Below are positions 38,261-47,425 of a DNA stretch of 64,000 nucleotides, piece after piece. A program made the position numbers and the translations under genes. The notes beneath the pieces were generated by a model. That model did not search any database, had not been told where the DNA came from, and worked only from the letters and a program-made list of their open reading frames with translations. Origin of the DNA: a virus (Duplodnaviria > Caudoviricetes); the IMG/VR virus record IMGVR_UViG_3300031555_001437. One strand, given 5' to 3'. Positions within the stretch are counted from its first letter, which is position 1. Each line of letters begins with the position of its first letter.

Positions 38261-39408
38261 ATATCGTCATCTGCGAAAAGATCAATCTCATCATCATCAC
38301 CGTCTGCTACTGTTGCAGGAGTCACTTCAATAACGGGAAGCTTGCGAAGGTCATCCACACTATAGACCGTCGGCTCACTACCCTTGATGCTGTTCTTCGC
38401 GATAGACTGCACTCTAGTCTCAGTAATTCTGTCGCCATACATCGAACCACCAAGACTCTCAATAACATCCTCAAGACGTACCAATCCGTACTCGATGTCT
38501 TCTCTGGTTGCCTCGTCCAAATCGTCAATTGTAATCTGCTTGGTCTCTGCTCCATCAATCATCTGGCAGTTAAGCGAGATTTTTCTTACAACTGCATCAT
38601 CATCAAACGTAGTGAACTTCTTCTTGAAGCCCTCTGCTCTCTTTGCTGCTGCCTCATCGCCATCACCGTTAATTACCAGAGTCATAGGAACAAATCTCGT
38701 TGCCTTGATGTTGCGGAAATAATAGTCGGTATAACAGTTGAACAGATACTTCTTGGTCTCATCATAGCTCTCAGCGTCCAGAGAGTCTGCGGTGTAATAC
38801 GCATCAAGGAGCAATTCTGCCTTGGGAGTTGCATCATCATCCGCCTTGTAAATCTTATTTACAGTCAGAGTGCGGTAATACTGCTGCTTTTCTGCGGAGT
38901 ACTGGAAGTCAACATCACCAAGAATTCTGAACATGCAGTCATCGTACTTGCCACTCGTCAAAACCTTCTGCATCAGCTGAGCCATGTCGGTCTTCTCGAT
39001 GAACTGATACTTCTTCTTTGCTGCAGCCAGCTTCTCCTCATACGTTCCCTCTTCCTCAATCTTCTTGCGCTCTGCATAGGACAGTAGGTCAACGGTATAA
39101 ATCTTCCATCCTGCTACCTTTGCAATCTCTGAAGGATCTCTGCGCTTATCCCACGCAATCTCGATGAGCTCAGACTTCTTGCCCTCTGCTGCTCTGGAGC
39201 GAGTTAGGATTTTGTTCTTGGAGTCGTCCTTCCACTTCCCACCCTCGATTGCGGTAACAAATCTATTCCCACCGCTAATTACATTAAACTTCAGACTGGT
39301 ATTCTGCCAGCCAGACTTCTCAAAATCCTTTACATCAAAAGCACGGAACTTCTCCGTATCTTTCATTGACTTAATCTTACCAATGATCTCGAATTTCATA
39401 ATTCTCAA
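38257..39408 (-). CDS. Putative phage single-stranded DNA-binding protein
   Basis: Beta-rich body with acidic C-terminal tail DGDDDEIDLFADDDI; located in the replication block. Confidence 0.6.
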   Translation of the reverse strand: MRIMKFEIIGKIKSMKDTEKFRAFDVKDFEKSGWQNTSLKFNVISGGNRFVTAIEGGKWKDDSKNKILTRSRAAEGKKSELIEIAWDKRRDPSEIAKVAGWKIYTVDLLSYAERKKIEEEGTYEEKLAAAKKKYQFIEKTDMAQLMQKVLTSGKYDDCMFRILGDVDFQYSAEKQQYYRTLTVNKIYKADDDATPKAELLLDAYYTADSLDAESYDETKKYLFNCYTDYYFRNIKATRFVPMTLVINGDGDEAAAKRAEGFKKKFTTFDDDAVVRKISLNCQMIDGAETKQITIDDLDEATREDIEYGLVRLEDVIESLGGSMYGDRITETRVQSIAKNSIKGSEPTVYSVDDLRKLPVIEVTPATVADGDDDEIDLFADDDI

Positions 39409-39430
39409 ATCTCCTTTTCATTTTGTTGTG

Positions 39431-39694
39431 TTAAAAATATCTTGGGTCTGCGTTCAAATTATATGTAAGGTAAATATCTATATCTTCCGTACCACACAAT
39501 AAGTGTGACGTATTTCTTTTGCACTTTTTGCACTTCATCGTTACGTACATTTCATCGAGGATTGTATGACCCCTTATGTCTTCTTTATGCAAATCGCCGC
39601 AGCACTGACATTGCAATATCTCCTTTCGTCCGACATCCATACCACCACTCCTTTCATTCATTTTGTCTTCTGAACTACAGATATTATAGCACAA
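39431..39694 (-). CDS. Hypothetical zinc-binding protein
   Basis: CQCCG...CKKC; promoter at 39683-39711 implies a start further downstream. Confidence 0.5.
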   Translation of the reverse strand: MCYNICSSEDKMNERSGGMDVGRKEILQCQCCGDLHKEDIRGHTILDEMYVTMKCKKCKRNTSHLLCGTEDIDIYLTYNLNADPRYF

Positions 39695-39728
39695 ATGTCG
39701 GAAAAAGTCAATACCTATTTACCATTAT

Positions 39729-39989
39729 TTACAATTTATTTACAATTACTGTAATTTGCACCGTTTTGTCTGCGATGACAAGCATGTTTTTGTGTGCTTT
39801 GTAGAGTAGTAGATCATCTACGTTTACATATACATCATGACCATTGATAATAGCACCGAGTCTTTTGCCATCGTTAATAATTTCAATCTTATCACATCTA
39901 AACACCTGGGTTCCCCATAGTTGATGTTCGACCATTACCTTGCCTTTTTTACTGTTAAAATATTCTGTTTGTCCAAAAATTTCTGTCAT
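39729..39989 (-). CDS. Hypothetical protein, probably SOS-regulated
   Basis: RBS; upstream -10 TATAAT next to a LexA box. Confidence 0.55.
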   Translation of the reverse strand: MTEIFGQTEYFNSKKGKVMVEHQLWGTQVFRCDKIEIINDGKRLGAIINGHDVYVNVDDLLLYKAHKNMLVIADKTVQITVIVNKL

Positions 39990-40032
39990 TTTAATACCCC
40001 TTTGTCCCAGTTATTGTTTTAATTATAGCATG

Positions 40033-40046
40033 AGAACGTATGTTCA
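40033..40046. promoter_or_regulatory. Gram-positive LexA (Cheo) box
   Basis: AGAACGTATGTTCA matches GAAC-N4-GTTC and lies just upstream of the -10 at 40022-40027. Confidence 0.65.
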
Positions 40047-40300
40047 ACAACGCTTAAATATTGGTTAATTTGCCCATATATGTCACATATTCATTTTGTC
40101 GTGTACTCGACTGGTAAAAGCCTGCGATCATTCGCAGGCCTCTATATCTTTTTGCATTTGCGCTAAGCATTCATCACATACTTTAAACGATATGATATCA
40201 TCATCATATTTTGGTCTAACAATTTGAAACTTAACTGTTGATGGTTTATTGCAACAAATCAAGCAAGTACAGTCATTATCCTCTGTGAGTTTTATTATTT

Positions 40301-41251
40301 TCATAAATACCTCCTAAATTTGTCAAGAACAGTTGATGCTGAATGTTCTCCCATAAATCCAAACCTATAACAAACTCTTCTACCGCTGTCTGTGTTTAGA
40401 TACTCGCGCAAGTCATCTATTCCCTTCTCTTGCATCTTTTTGTGCAATTCGTGCCACAGACCACTTGCGTTGATGCTCTTTGGCGTCATTTTAATGCCGA
40501 GATATTCGCTTATAATTGTAACTCTTCTGTGGAGCCATCTCATGCGGCGTCGGCGATCGTCTGCGTTATTGATATTGTCGTTTTCATTGATAGTATTGCC
40601 GCGAATTTTATAAATGCCGCCAGTAGAAACCACGATGACTGTGCTCTCATCATTATAAGATATCAGAGCATCCTCTTCAAATGCCTTCCTCACTATCTCG
40701 TAATCCCTATCAGACAACACGATCATCTTGCCAGTCCTGAAATATATCTTATTTTCCTTTGTGCTTAATTGGTCTGAGGTTAAAAATGTAATTTCTTTGA
40801 GGTTTTCGCCTCCCACTCCCATAAACAACAAACTCAATATTGCTTTATCTGTGTAGTTCAATAAATCATCCTGCATAGTTTGCAGCTGCTCTTTGGTTAT
40901 CAACATTTGCTTTACAGCATCTGCGTCCACGCATCGATTGAGGTCATCTCTTGTAACAGCTTCATATGCGTTATCCAGAGATTTGCCTTGCGTATGCAAA
41001 AACCAGCGTGATGCGTGCTTTAATGTTAAGTTCCAATTTTGCAGTGTGCGGTTTGATTTTACTTTTGCGTCAGTGTACATTTGTAATATCTCTTCTTTTG
41101 TGAACTCATAGAACACTTTCCCAAATCTTTTCTCGTTACCAAGTGCTCTATTGAGAACTGCGTTTACCATAGTTGTCGAAACCACTCTACTTCTAAAATA
41201 CTCTTTTAAAAACTCCTCTTTTTGAGATTCCAATGTATACACATAACTCAC
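40301..41251 (-). CDS. MrpR/YopR-like lysogeny repressor (degenerate tyrosine-recombinase fold)
   Basis: E.RFGK...EFT.EEI, LLN.TDKAIL.LLF.G..G..L.EI..L and T.KSI..SG; recombinase catalytic residues not evident. Confidence 0.7.
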   Translation of the reverse strand: MSYVYTLESQKEEFLKEYFRSRVVSTTMVNAVLNRALGNEKRFGKVFYEFTKEEILQMYTDAKVKSNRTLQNWNLTLKHASRWFLHTQGKSLDNAYEAVTRDDLNRCVDADAVKQMLITKEQLQTMQDDLLNYTDKAILSLLFMGVGGENLKEITFLTSDQLSTKENKIYFRTGKMIVLSDRDYEIVRKAFEEDALISYNDESTVIVVSTGGIYKIRGNTINENDNINNADDRRRRMRWLHRRVTIISEYLGIKMTPKSINASGLWHELHKKMQEKGIDDLREYLNTDSGRRVCYRFGFMGEHSASTVLDKFRRYL

Positions 41252-41314
41252 TCCTTCGGGTTATTATTGTAACACGACAAAACACTTTATGCAAGCATTT
41301 TGTCGCGTATACCT

Positions 41315-42304
41315 TTAAACTAAACCATCAAGTACGTTCAAGACTTTCTCTTCGTCTTCTTTGAATACGTCAATATATCTCATTGTGATAGAAATGTTTG
41401 AATGCCCCAACTGCTTTGCGATTGCCTTAACTGGGAGCCCCGCCTTTGCCAATTGGCATGCTGCGCTTGATCTTAGCTTGTGGAAAGTGATGTGCTTTCC
41501 GAGGCCAATTTCATCACAGTACTTTGCGAGCATTTCATTAAGAGCATCTGGAGAAATTCGGTTCTTCTGTCTTGATAAGAATAATGCGTTTGACGCAACG
41601 TTACCATATTCCTTGTTTCTAACCTGTATCCAATATTGCAGCATTTTCTTAACGTTGGCCCCGATTGCAATACTACGAACCTTTTGACGTTTCTCAATAA
41701 CATTGATTATGCCGTTGTCAAAGTCAATGTCCTGAATGTTTAGATTAATCATGGCAGAAATTCTAAGTCCAGTTGCAAGAGCGAGACTGATGATTGTCTT
41801 GTCTCTTAATCCCATAACTTTATTTGGGTTATTGTCTGTCGCTTTCAGTAATTTATTGATTTCTACCTTTGTCAAAAACGTTACTTGATGTTCTGTGTTG
41901 TTCTTTGGTCTGCTTACTCCAGCAATAGGATTTTCATCTATATATTTTCTAGTTAACAAGAAATTGAAGAAATGATTGAGTGAACTCCATCTTTGCTGTA
42001 AAACATCGTCGCCCATTCTTTTAGTTCCAGATGATGTCTTTTTGGTTTCAAGTGAGATAAAATATCTTTCAATGTCAGTAACTGCAATTGCTTTATAGAA
42101 ATCATTCTTCATATTGTCGCCACATGCAAAATTTACAAAGTGCAAAAGATTGTTAATATACACGTTGATGCTTGTATACGCCTTTCTGTTTGCTCTTAAC
42201 GAAATATAATATTCGTTGATTACTGGAGGCAAATTCTTTAGCTTTGCATCCATCTTTTCATAGAATTGTGTTTCTTTTTCCAAACGACCAGTTAAAGTAC
42301 TCAT
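41315..42304 (-). CDS. Tyrosine recombinase (XerC/D-like)
   Basis: RD...LALATGLRISA, HKLRSS and LGHSNISITMRY: catalytic R-H-R-H-Y intact. Confidence 0.92.
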   Translation of the reverse strand: MSTLTGRLEKETQFYEKMDAKLKNLPPVINEYYISLRANRKAYTSINVYINNLLHFVNFACGDNMKNDFYKAIAVTDIERYFISLETKKTSSGTKRMGDDVLQQRWSSLNHFFNFLLTRKYIDENPIAGVSRPKNNTEHQVTFLTKVEINKLLKATDNNPNKVMGLRDKTIISLALATGLRISAMINLNIQDIDFDNGIINVIEKRQKVRSIAIGANVKKMLQYWIQVRNKEYGNVASNALFLSRQKNRISPDALNEMLAKYCDEIGLGKHITFHKLRSSAACQLAKAGLPVKAIAKQLGHSNISITMRYIDVFKEDEEKVLNVLDGLV

Positions 42305-42456
42305 TGATTTACCTCCTTAATTTTCACAAATATAATTAAACCACATTAAAGTTGCAAAGATCCACACCATCCAGCCATCTTTGAATATCGAAGTGACCGC
42401 CAAAACCACAAGCCACAATACTGTTGCTTCAAACTTTGAATAACCAAAACCTCTCA

Positions 42457-42714
42457 TTATTTACCTCCTTTGTCATGTCTGTGGATATATCTAAACCAAA
42501 TGATTGTAAAAACAATCCACAATACAAAGTTTCCTCTGAATATTGTAGCCACGCACATGCCAACTACATACAACACGGTTGCTTCATCGTTCTCCAGTGC
42601 ATACATTGAGTCAAACTGTGGTTCTTGCTTTACGATTGGTCTTGCGGGTGATTGCTCCGCAACTTTCTTGCGCCTCTCCAAAACTCTTTGTCTATGTGCT
42701 TCATACTTATCCAC
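42457..42714 (-). CDS. Small membrane protein
   Basis: Two C-terminal hydrophobic segments. Confidence 0.5.
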   Translation of the reverse strand: MDKYEAHRQRVLERRKKVAEQSPARPIVKQEPQFDSMYALENDEATVLYVVGMCVATIFRGNFVLWIVFTIIWFRYIHRHDKGGK

Positions 42715-42717
42715 TAA

Positions 42718-42945
42718 TTAGACCTCCCTTAATTTTTTACGAGACTTCATTACCTCTCTTTCTGTCCAATATGAATGTTCATCGTACTTCTTAAGAGCAT
42801 TGCATTGCTTCTTGAGGCATTCGTGGCACTTGAGCGTTTTGACCGTTAATGCTGCGTGATGATATCTGCAGTACCCAATCGCCTTAGATCGACTGACCTG
42901 ACTCCCGTACAGACCGTGGAGCATTTGCGTTCCGTTGATGTCCAT
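42718..42945 (-). CDS. Hypothetical Cys/His protein
   Basis: GYC..H...LT...K.HECL.KQC. Confidence 0.55.
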   Translation of the reverse strand: MDINGTQMLHGLYGSQVSRSKAIGYCRYHHAALTVKTLKCHECLKKQCNALKKYDEHSYWTEREVMKSRKKLREV

Positions 42946-42955
42946 GTCAGCCTCC

Positions 42956-43258
42956 TCAAATGATAGCGTTCAGCTCGTCAACCGCATACTCTGCAGCCTC
43001 GAGCCAATCCTGTTGGTCGTCGCTATCATATGCGTCATTGAGTTCATCAAGTACATCATCAAGCGTACCAAGCGCCTCTTCTGAGTCATATGCTCTCTGG
43101 CTGTTTTGCAAATTCTCTGGAATGTTCTCAAAGTATTCCGACTCATCGTCTCTTACGTTTTCCAGATCGTTGATGCAATCTCCCAAGTCTTCCTTGCTGC
43201 CCACATTCTGAAGTTTCATGATGATTTCATAGATTTCTTTTCTGCGCTGCTTGTTCAT
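42956..43258 (-). CDS. Hypothetical acidic helical phage protein
   Basis: MNKQRRK...E.E.F.NIPENLQ.S pattern; own promoter at about 43286-43314. Confidence 0.6.
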   Translation of the reverse strand: MNKQRRKEIYEIIMKLQNVGSKEDLGDCINDLENVRDDESEYFENIPENLQNSQRAYDSEEALGTLDDVLDELNDAYDSDDQQDWLEAAEYAVDELNAII

Positions 43259-43315
43259 AATTCATGTCTCCTTTGATTTGACTTTATTATAACATCATTT
43301 TGAAGTCTTGTCTAG

Positions 43316-43921
43316 TCATTTTGTCGTGTTTTTTCTAGATTGTACTGGAGTAGTTAATGCTTTATCTATTGACCATCCAGATTTCTTAATTCTAGCCCAT
43401 ACCGTCCAATAAGGAATATCTTTGATTTTAGCCCACTCTTTTAAACTGTGTACCTCTCCATCAAATTCATAATCAATTTTCTCGCATTTTGCAACTGGTG
43501 TTTCGAAAATTCTACTTACATCCCAACCCCAACGCAATCTATCTTTAATTATTTCTCTTTTAATATTAAAAAACTCAGCCCATTCGTTGATAGTTTTTGC
43601 TTCGCCGTTATATATTAAAATATGGTTGGTTGTTTTATTGTTTGCTTGTTCTTTCAAATTTGCCCACCGACAATTAGATGGCTCATAATTTCCATTTGTG
43701 TCTATTCTGTCTATAGACAGACCAACTTGATATCCATTGGCGAGCGCCCAGTCTCGAAAACAGGCAAAACTTTCATCCCATTCTTTACAAACGCAAATTC
43801 CTCTTCCACCATAGTCTTTATAATGGTTATGCGATGGATGAGAGCACCTATCTCTCATACCTCTCCAACTATTATATAATTGCGTTAACTTCCCTCTCTT
43901 CGCTTCTCCGTGCTTCTCCAT
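43316..43921 (-). CDS. HNH-type homing endonuclease
   Basis: W.GM.DRC, YGGRGI.VC.EW, SIDRID.NGNYEPSNCRWA and repeated C-terminal DNA-binding units. Confidence 0.85.
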   Translation of the reverse strand: MEKHGEAKRGKLTQLYNSWRGMRDRCSHPSHNHYKDYGGRGICVCKEWDESFACFRDWALANGYQVGLSIDRIDTNGNYEPSNCRWANLKEQANNKTTNHILIYNGEAKTINEWAEFFNIKREIIKDRLRWGWDVSRIFETPVAKCEKIDYEFDGEVHSLKEWAKIKDIPYWTVWARIKKSGWSIDKALTTPVQSRKNTTK

Positions 43922-44038
43922 AATATCGTATCCTTTTTACTTTTTCATTTTGTCGTGTTTTTTGTATTATTATACATATATTTTCAAACATGTCAATATA
44001 TTTCTGCAATCGTTTACAATTTATTTACAATACGACAA

Positions 44039-44749
44039 TCAATGAGAATAAACGGCAGTTATCGACCCACAATTTTTTGAATAACATCTCCTACATCTGT
44101 CGCATGTCACGCCAGTTTTCTGCCCATTCTTATTAACAGCTGGGCAATGAACAACGGAATTTAACGATGCATCTGTTCCGTCATCATATATAAATTTATT
44201 TAATCCAGCAAAATCATACCCTTTTGTATTTCCGTTCCATTCTGAGATATTACATATTAAATTATCTGGAAATCTCTCATATTCATTTAAATATCTTTCA
44301 ATAAACGCAAATCTTTTTGTATAAAAATAGAACATGATTGACGGCAGTTCAACAGCTAATCTCACCATATGCAGCAAATAATCATAGCTGAATATTTCCC
44401 CACTTGAGTGCCAGCGCAATACCTGAACTTTCTTGCTAATAAGCTCGTCCTTAATTTGTGAAAATCCATCATCCAAACTGTGTCTCATGATCACAGTATT
44501 CTTACCCAAACTCGGAATGCACGTATTATGATATCTTCTCGCGTCATTGACCGCATAACACGCCTTTTCACATCCGTCGCAGCATCCACCGCAAGTGCCG
44601 CGAACATTTGTTAATTGTCCTTTGTCCTTTGTAGAAAGCGGCTCATCTCCAGGCAACAGATTAAAAGCATAAACTCCTTTCCCGAGCTTACTATTTCCCT
44701 TTACCAGAGAGATTTTCATCGTAGAATCGTAGTTAATTTCGTACAACAT
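44039..44749 (-). CDS. Gp88-like Cys-rich phage protein
   Basis: GNSKLG, TC...C..C...CYA, RWHSSGE, YTK, CP...C..CR.C. Confidence 0.7.
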   Translation of the reverse strand: MLYEINYDSTMKISLVKGNSKLGKGVYAFNLLPGDEPLSTKDKGQLTNVRGTCGGCCDGCEKACYAVNDARRYHNTCIPSLGKNTVIMRHSLDDGFSQIKDELISKKVQVLRWHSSGEIFSYDYLLHMVRLAVELPSIMFYFYTKRFAFIERYLNEYERFPDNLICNISEWNGNTKGYDFAGLNKFIYDDGTDASLNSVVHCPAVNKNGQKTGVTCDRCRRCYSKNCGSITAVYSH

Positions 44750-44938
44750 CTTTTGTTCTCCTTTTCATTTTGTTGTGTAATGCTCATCCACATACTCGAG
44801 CATTTCTTGTTCAGTGTCAAATCTCGCTATCCAATCAACGTCGCATATACAGTGTCGTCCTTGCACATCGACAAAATAAGTAATGTCATGATTATAACAC
44901 CATGTGGCGAATAAATTCTTTTGCTGCGCGGTCATTGC

Positions 44939-45208
44939 TCACTCTCCGACAACTATAAACAGAAATTTCTTGCCCCACTTGAGATTGATACAGTCAAAAC
45001 CATCCAAAGAAACACACAATTCTGGCTTGTTTCTTCTCACTTCGCTGATAGACTGCACAACCCCAGCTTCTTTCATAACCGCAGGCAGAAATCTTGTTTC
45101 CGTAAACAGCGTATTCTGCTTTTCATTTTCTTCCCAGTCTCTTTCGTTGAGAGCAATAAGAGTGCTTGCATCAACAAGCGGTCTACCAATTACAACATTT
45201 TGAATCAT
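44939..45208 (-). CDS. Hypothetical protein
   Basis: GV..S.SEVRRNKP.L...KWGKK. Confidence 0.55.
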   Translation of the reverse strand: MIQNVVIGRPLVDASTLIALNERDWEENEKQNTLFTETRFLPAVMKEAGVVQSISEVRRNKPELCVSLDGFDCINLKWGKKFLFIVVGE

Positions 45209-45210
45209 AA

Positions 45211-45399
45211 TTACCTCCTAAATAAATCGGGTTGATATTCCATATAATCTTCTGTCAAATCACATTGAAAACCTGCCGCAACTACAGTAAAACCTCGTCT
45301 ATTAAGCTCTGCGCACACTTCGTCTGCAAGCTCATAACCGTTACACTCGGAGCCAACAACAATGTCAAGACTAATTTGAATTACTCTCTTATTTTCCAT
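45211..45399 (-). CDS. Hypothetical protein
   Basis: GGAGG RBS. Confidence 0.5.
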   Translation of the reverse strand: MENKRVIQISLDIVVGSECNGYELADEVCAELNRRGFTVVAAGFQCDLTEDYMEYQPDLFRR

Positions 45400-45423
45400 A
45401 ATTACCTCCTTAAAATCACTCTT

Positions 45424-45609
45424 TTATGCGGTCATATGTGCTTCTTGCATTTCTTCCCAAGTAGGCATATGCTCTAAATCATCATAGCTAAAAGCAAGGA
45501 TTGCCCTTGACAACCTACACATAATCTCCACATCATCCATTGCTTTTGCACCCACATATGCCGTTTCAAGATAGTCAAGAATAATCTTTTTCTGTTCTTC
45601 TGTGTTCAT
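45424..45609 (-). CDS. Hypothetical protein
   Basis: RBS; flanked by junction motifs. Confidence 0.5.
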   Translation of the reverse strand: MNTEEQKKIILDYLETAYVGAKAMDDVEIMCRLSRAILAFSYDDLEHMPTWEEMQEAHMTA

Positions 45610-45636
45610 ATATATTTACCTCTTAAAATCGTCATT

Positions 45637-45846
45637 TTATTCAATACAAAATATCTTCCAGTTAGTTATGTTATCATCGTCCATACACCAAGCATCATCG
45701 TCATTCAATTCGCCTATACAATCATTTGACAAGATTTCGTACTGCCTTTTCATTACTTTGTGTGCTTCGTCATAGGTATCAAAAAATTCTGGCTCTTCAA
45801 TATCGTATTTATTGGCATGAATCAGAATATATCGTTTATCTTCCAT
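45637..45846 (-). CDS. Hypothetical protein
   Basis: RBS; flanked by junction motifs. Confidence 0.55.
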   Translation of the reverse strand: MEDKRYILIHANKYDIEEPEFFDTYDEAHKVMKRQYEILSNDCIGELNDDDAWCMDDDNITNWKIFCIE

Positions 45847-45871
45847 ATCTGCACCTCATAAAACTATCTTT

Positions 45872-46048
45872 TTAATTTACTTCCCAACAATCATCTATAA
45901 ACACGTCTGCAAGATTGGCAATTAACTCACCATCCGAAATATCGTCAAACATTTGTTCTGCTTTTTTCTTTGCTTCCTCCTTATTCTTTGCTTCAATTTC
46001 AAACAACCAACCACCCTCGTAGTGGACATTAACATTAAATTTCTTCAT
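45872..46048 (-). CDS. Small acidic protein (58 aa, MKKFNVNVHYEGG...EIEAKNKEEA)
   Basis: Read manually; E.EA...EEA pattern common in small phage proteins. Confidence 0.5.
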   Translation of the reverse strand: MKKFNVNVHYEGGWLFEIEAKNKEEAKKKAEQMFDDISDGELIANLADVFIDDCWEVN

Positions 46049-46228
46049 AATAACCCCCTTATTTTATTGCAGACTTAATAAATTCGAACAAGGAAATTGG
46101 CGTAACGTATGAGTTTTCTTTGTCTTCAATACCATCAAACAGACCAATCAAACCTGCATATCCGTTTTTGCTTACTACAACAAATGACTTTCCATTAGAT
46201 AGTGTAATTTTGAAAAACTTATTCATAT

Positions 46229-46540
46229 TCAAAACACCTCTTTCCAACCATTGCGTCGAATAATGCGCCGCATGTTCTCTACACCAACAGGGTTCTGCGA
46301 GTGGATGCGAATAGGGTAGTTGCGTCCAGTTGCTTCGAGCCAATCGAGGAGGCGAATGTAGTCACCACCATCGTGATAAAAGTCACCAGCGTCATGGTCA
46401 GTAGAAATCACCTCAAGTTGCTCTCCATAGGGGATAACATGGTTCTCCCACCACTCGATATGATGTTTAGCATCATTTACGCTTCGAGCCCAAAACCATC
46501 CCTCAGGTGCGGGTCTTACATCATCCACCCATAACTTCAT
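46229..46540 (-). CDS. Cyclic-phosphate-processing receiver-domain (cREC) protein
   Basis: LWVDDVRPAP, IS.DHD.G, DY..LL.WLE and IHS.NPVG..NM. Confidence 0.8.
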   Translation of the reverse strand: MKLWVDDVRPAPEGWFWARSVNDAKHHIEWWENHVIPYGEQLEVISTDHDAGDFYHDGGDYIRLLDWLEATGRNYPIRIHSQNPVGVENMRRIIRRNGWKEVF

Positions 46541-46556
46541 ATTTCCTCCTTATACA

Positions 46557-46868
46557 TCACCAAATAACGGCTACACAATTCATGTTCATTCTTCTTTTAC
46601 AATCATCAATGTTGTTAAAATAGTAATTTGCTTCAAAGTACGGCATATATCTTTTCTCGCCATCTATTTCTACACAATAAATTGGTTTGCCATTATAAAC
46701 TTCTACGACAAAGTTTGCTTTATACTTGTTGTAACATTCTTCTGTGCAAAAATATTTGGTTCTAAATGTATTTAAGTTTTTATTGAGATATCTTCCTCTA
46801 AAGTTTCCGATAAACCAATCATTTAATTTATCTTGACTATAAGGACAAGTGTGTATATAGTTTCTCAT
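46557..46868 (-). CDS. Hypothetical protein
   Basis: AT-rich ORF in the early-gene block. Confidence 0.5.
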   Translation of the reverse strand: MRNYIHTCPYSQDKLNDWFIGNFRGRYLNKNLNTFRTKYFCTEECYNKYKANFVVEVYNGKPIYCVEIDGEKRYMPYFEANYYFNNIDDCKRRMNMNCVAVIW

Positions 46869-46870
46869 TT

Positions 46871-47425
46871 TTAAATCTCCACTACATTGCTCAATCTATC
46901 AATTTGAGCCTGCGCTCTTTTGTGCTGAGCCTCAATTTTTGAACGAATCTGCCGCAGTGCATCATTCTCCAACGCCTCATACACTTTCCACTCATCCCAG
47001 TTTCCAATGATGTTGTGTCCACCGCTCGTAAACGCATATCTTGTATTCTGGAAGCGATCTCTAGTAAACAAAAAATCTCCCCACATAATTCTATATCCGA
47101 TACCTAGGAGATATTCAACTTTAAAATACAGACCACCAGTACAATGATTTCCGCGCATACTAGCGCTAATATAGGCATGTACAGCGCCACCAACATCTGG
47201 GCTAAATGCGCTCAATTGCTTTACATATCCCTTGATTGTCTCAAGCTGCTCCATGATTGCATCAAACTTTGCCTCTTCTGCTGCGTCCGCAAGAGGCTTA
47301 TAGTATGCCACAGTTTCATCTGCCACTTTCTTTGCTGCAGCGTACTCTGCCATCAATGCGTCAAACTTGGTAGTCGTAGGCTGTTCGTAGGTTACGGTTA
47401 CTTTAATATTAGTCATGTTAATCAT
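46871..47425 (-). CDS. Hypothetical protein
   Basis: RBS, 184 aa. Confidence 0.55.
   Translation of the reverse strand: MINMTNIKVTVTYEQPTTTKFDALMAEYAAAKKVADETVAYYKPLADAAEEAKFDAIMEQLETIKGYVKQLSAFSPDVGGAVHAYISASMRGNHCTGGLYFKVEYLLGIGYRIMWGDFLFTRDRFQNTRYAFTSGGHNIIGNWDEWKVYEALENDALRQIRSKIEAQHKRAQAQIDRLSNVVEI

Larger units (their letters stand above)
2082..44778 (-). repeat. Dispersed ~14-bp repeat ACRCRACAAAATGA (about 20 copies), candidate operator
   Basis: Plus-strand tcattttgtYgYgt near 2082, 8192, 10052, 10932, 10982, 17021, 19194, 22791, 22866, 26000, 32334, 32420, 35635, 36684, 37972, 39418, 40091, 41296, 43316, 43945 and 44765; inverted copy near 41271. Confidence 0.85.
45411..45874. repeat. 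TAAAA-N6-TTTTA junction motif between small genes (45411, 45624, 45859; variant at 53873)
   Basis: In the three clustered copies the motif overlaps the upstream gene's stop codon and abuts the next RBS. Confidence 0.6.
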
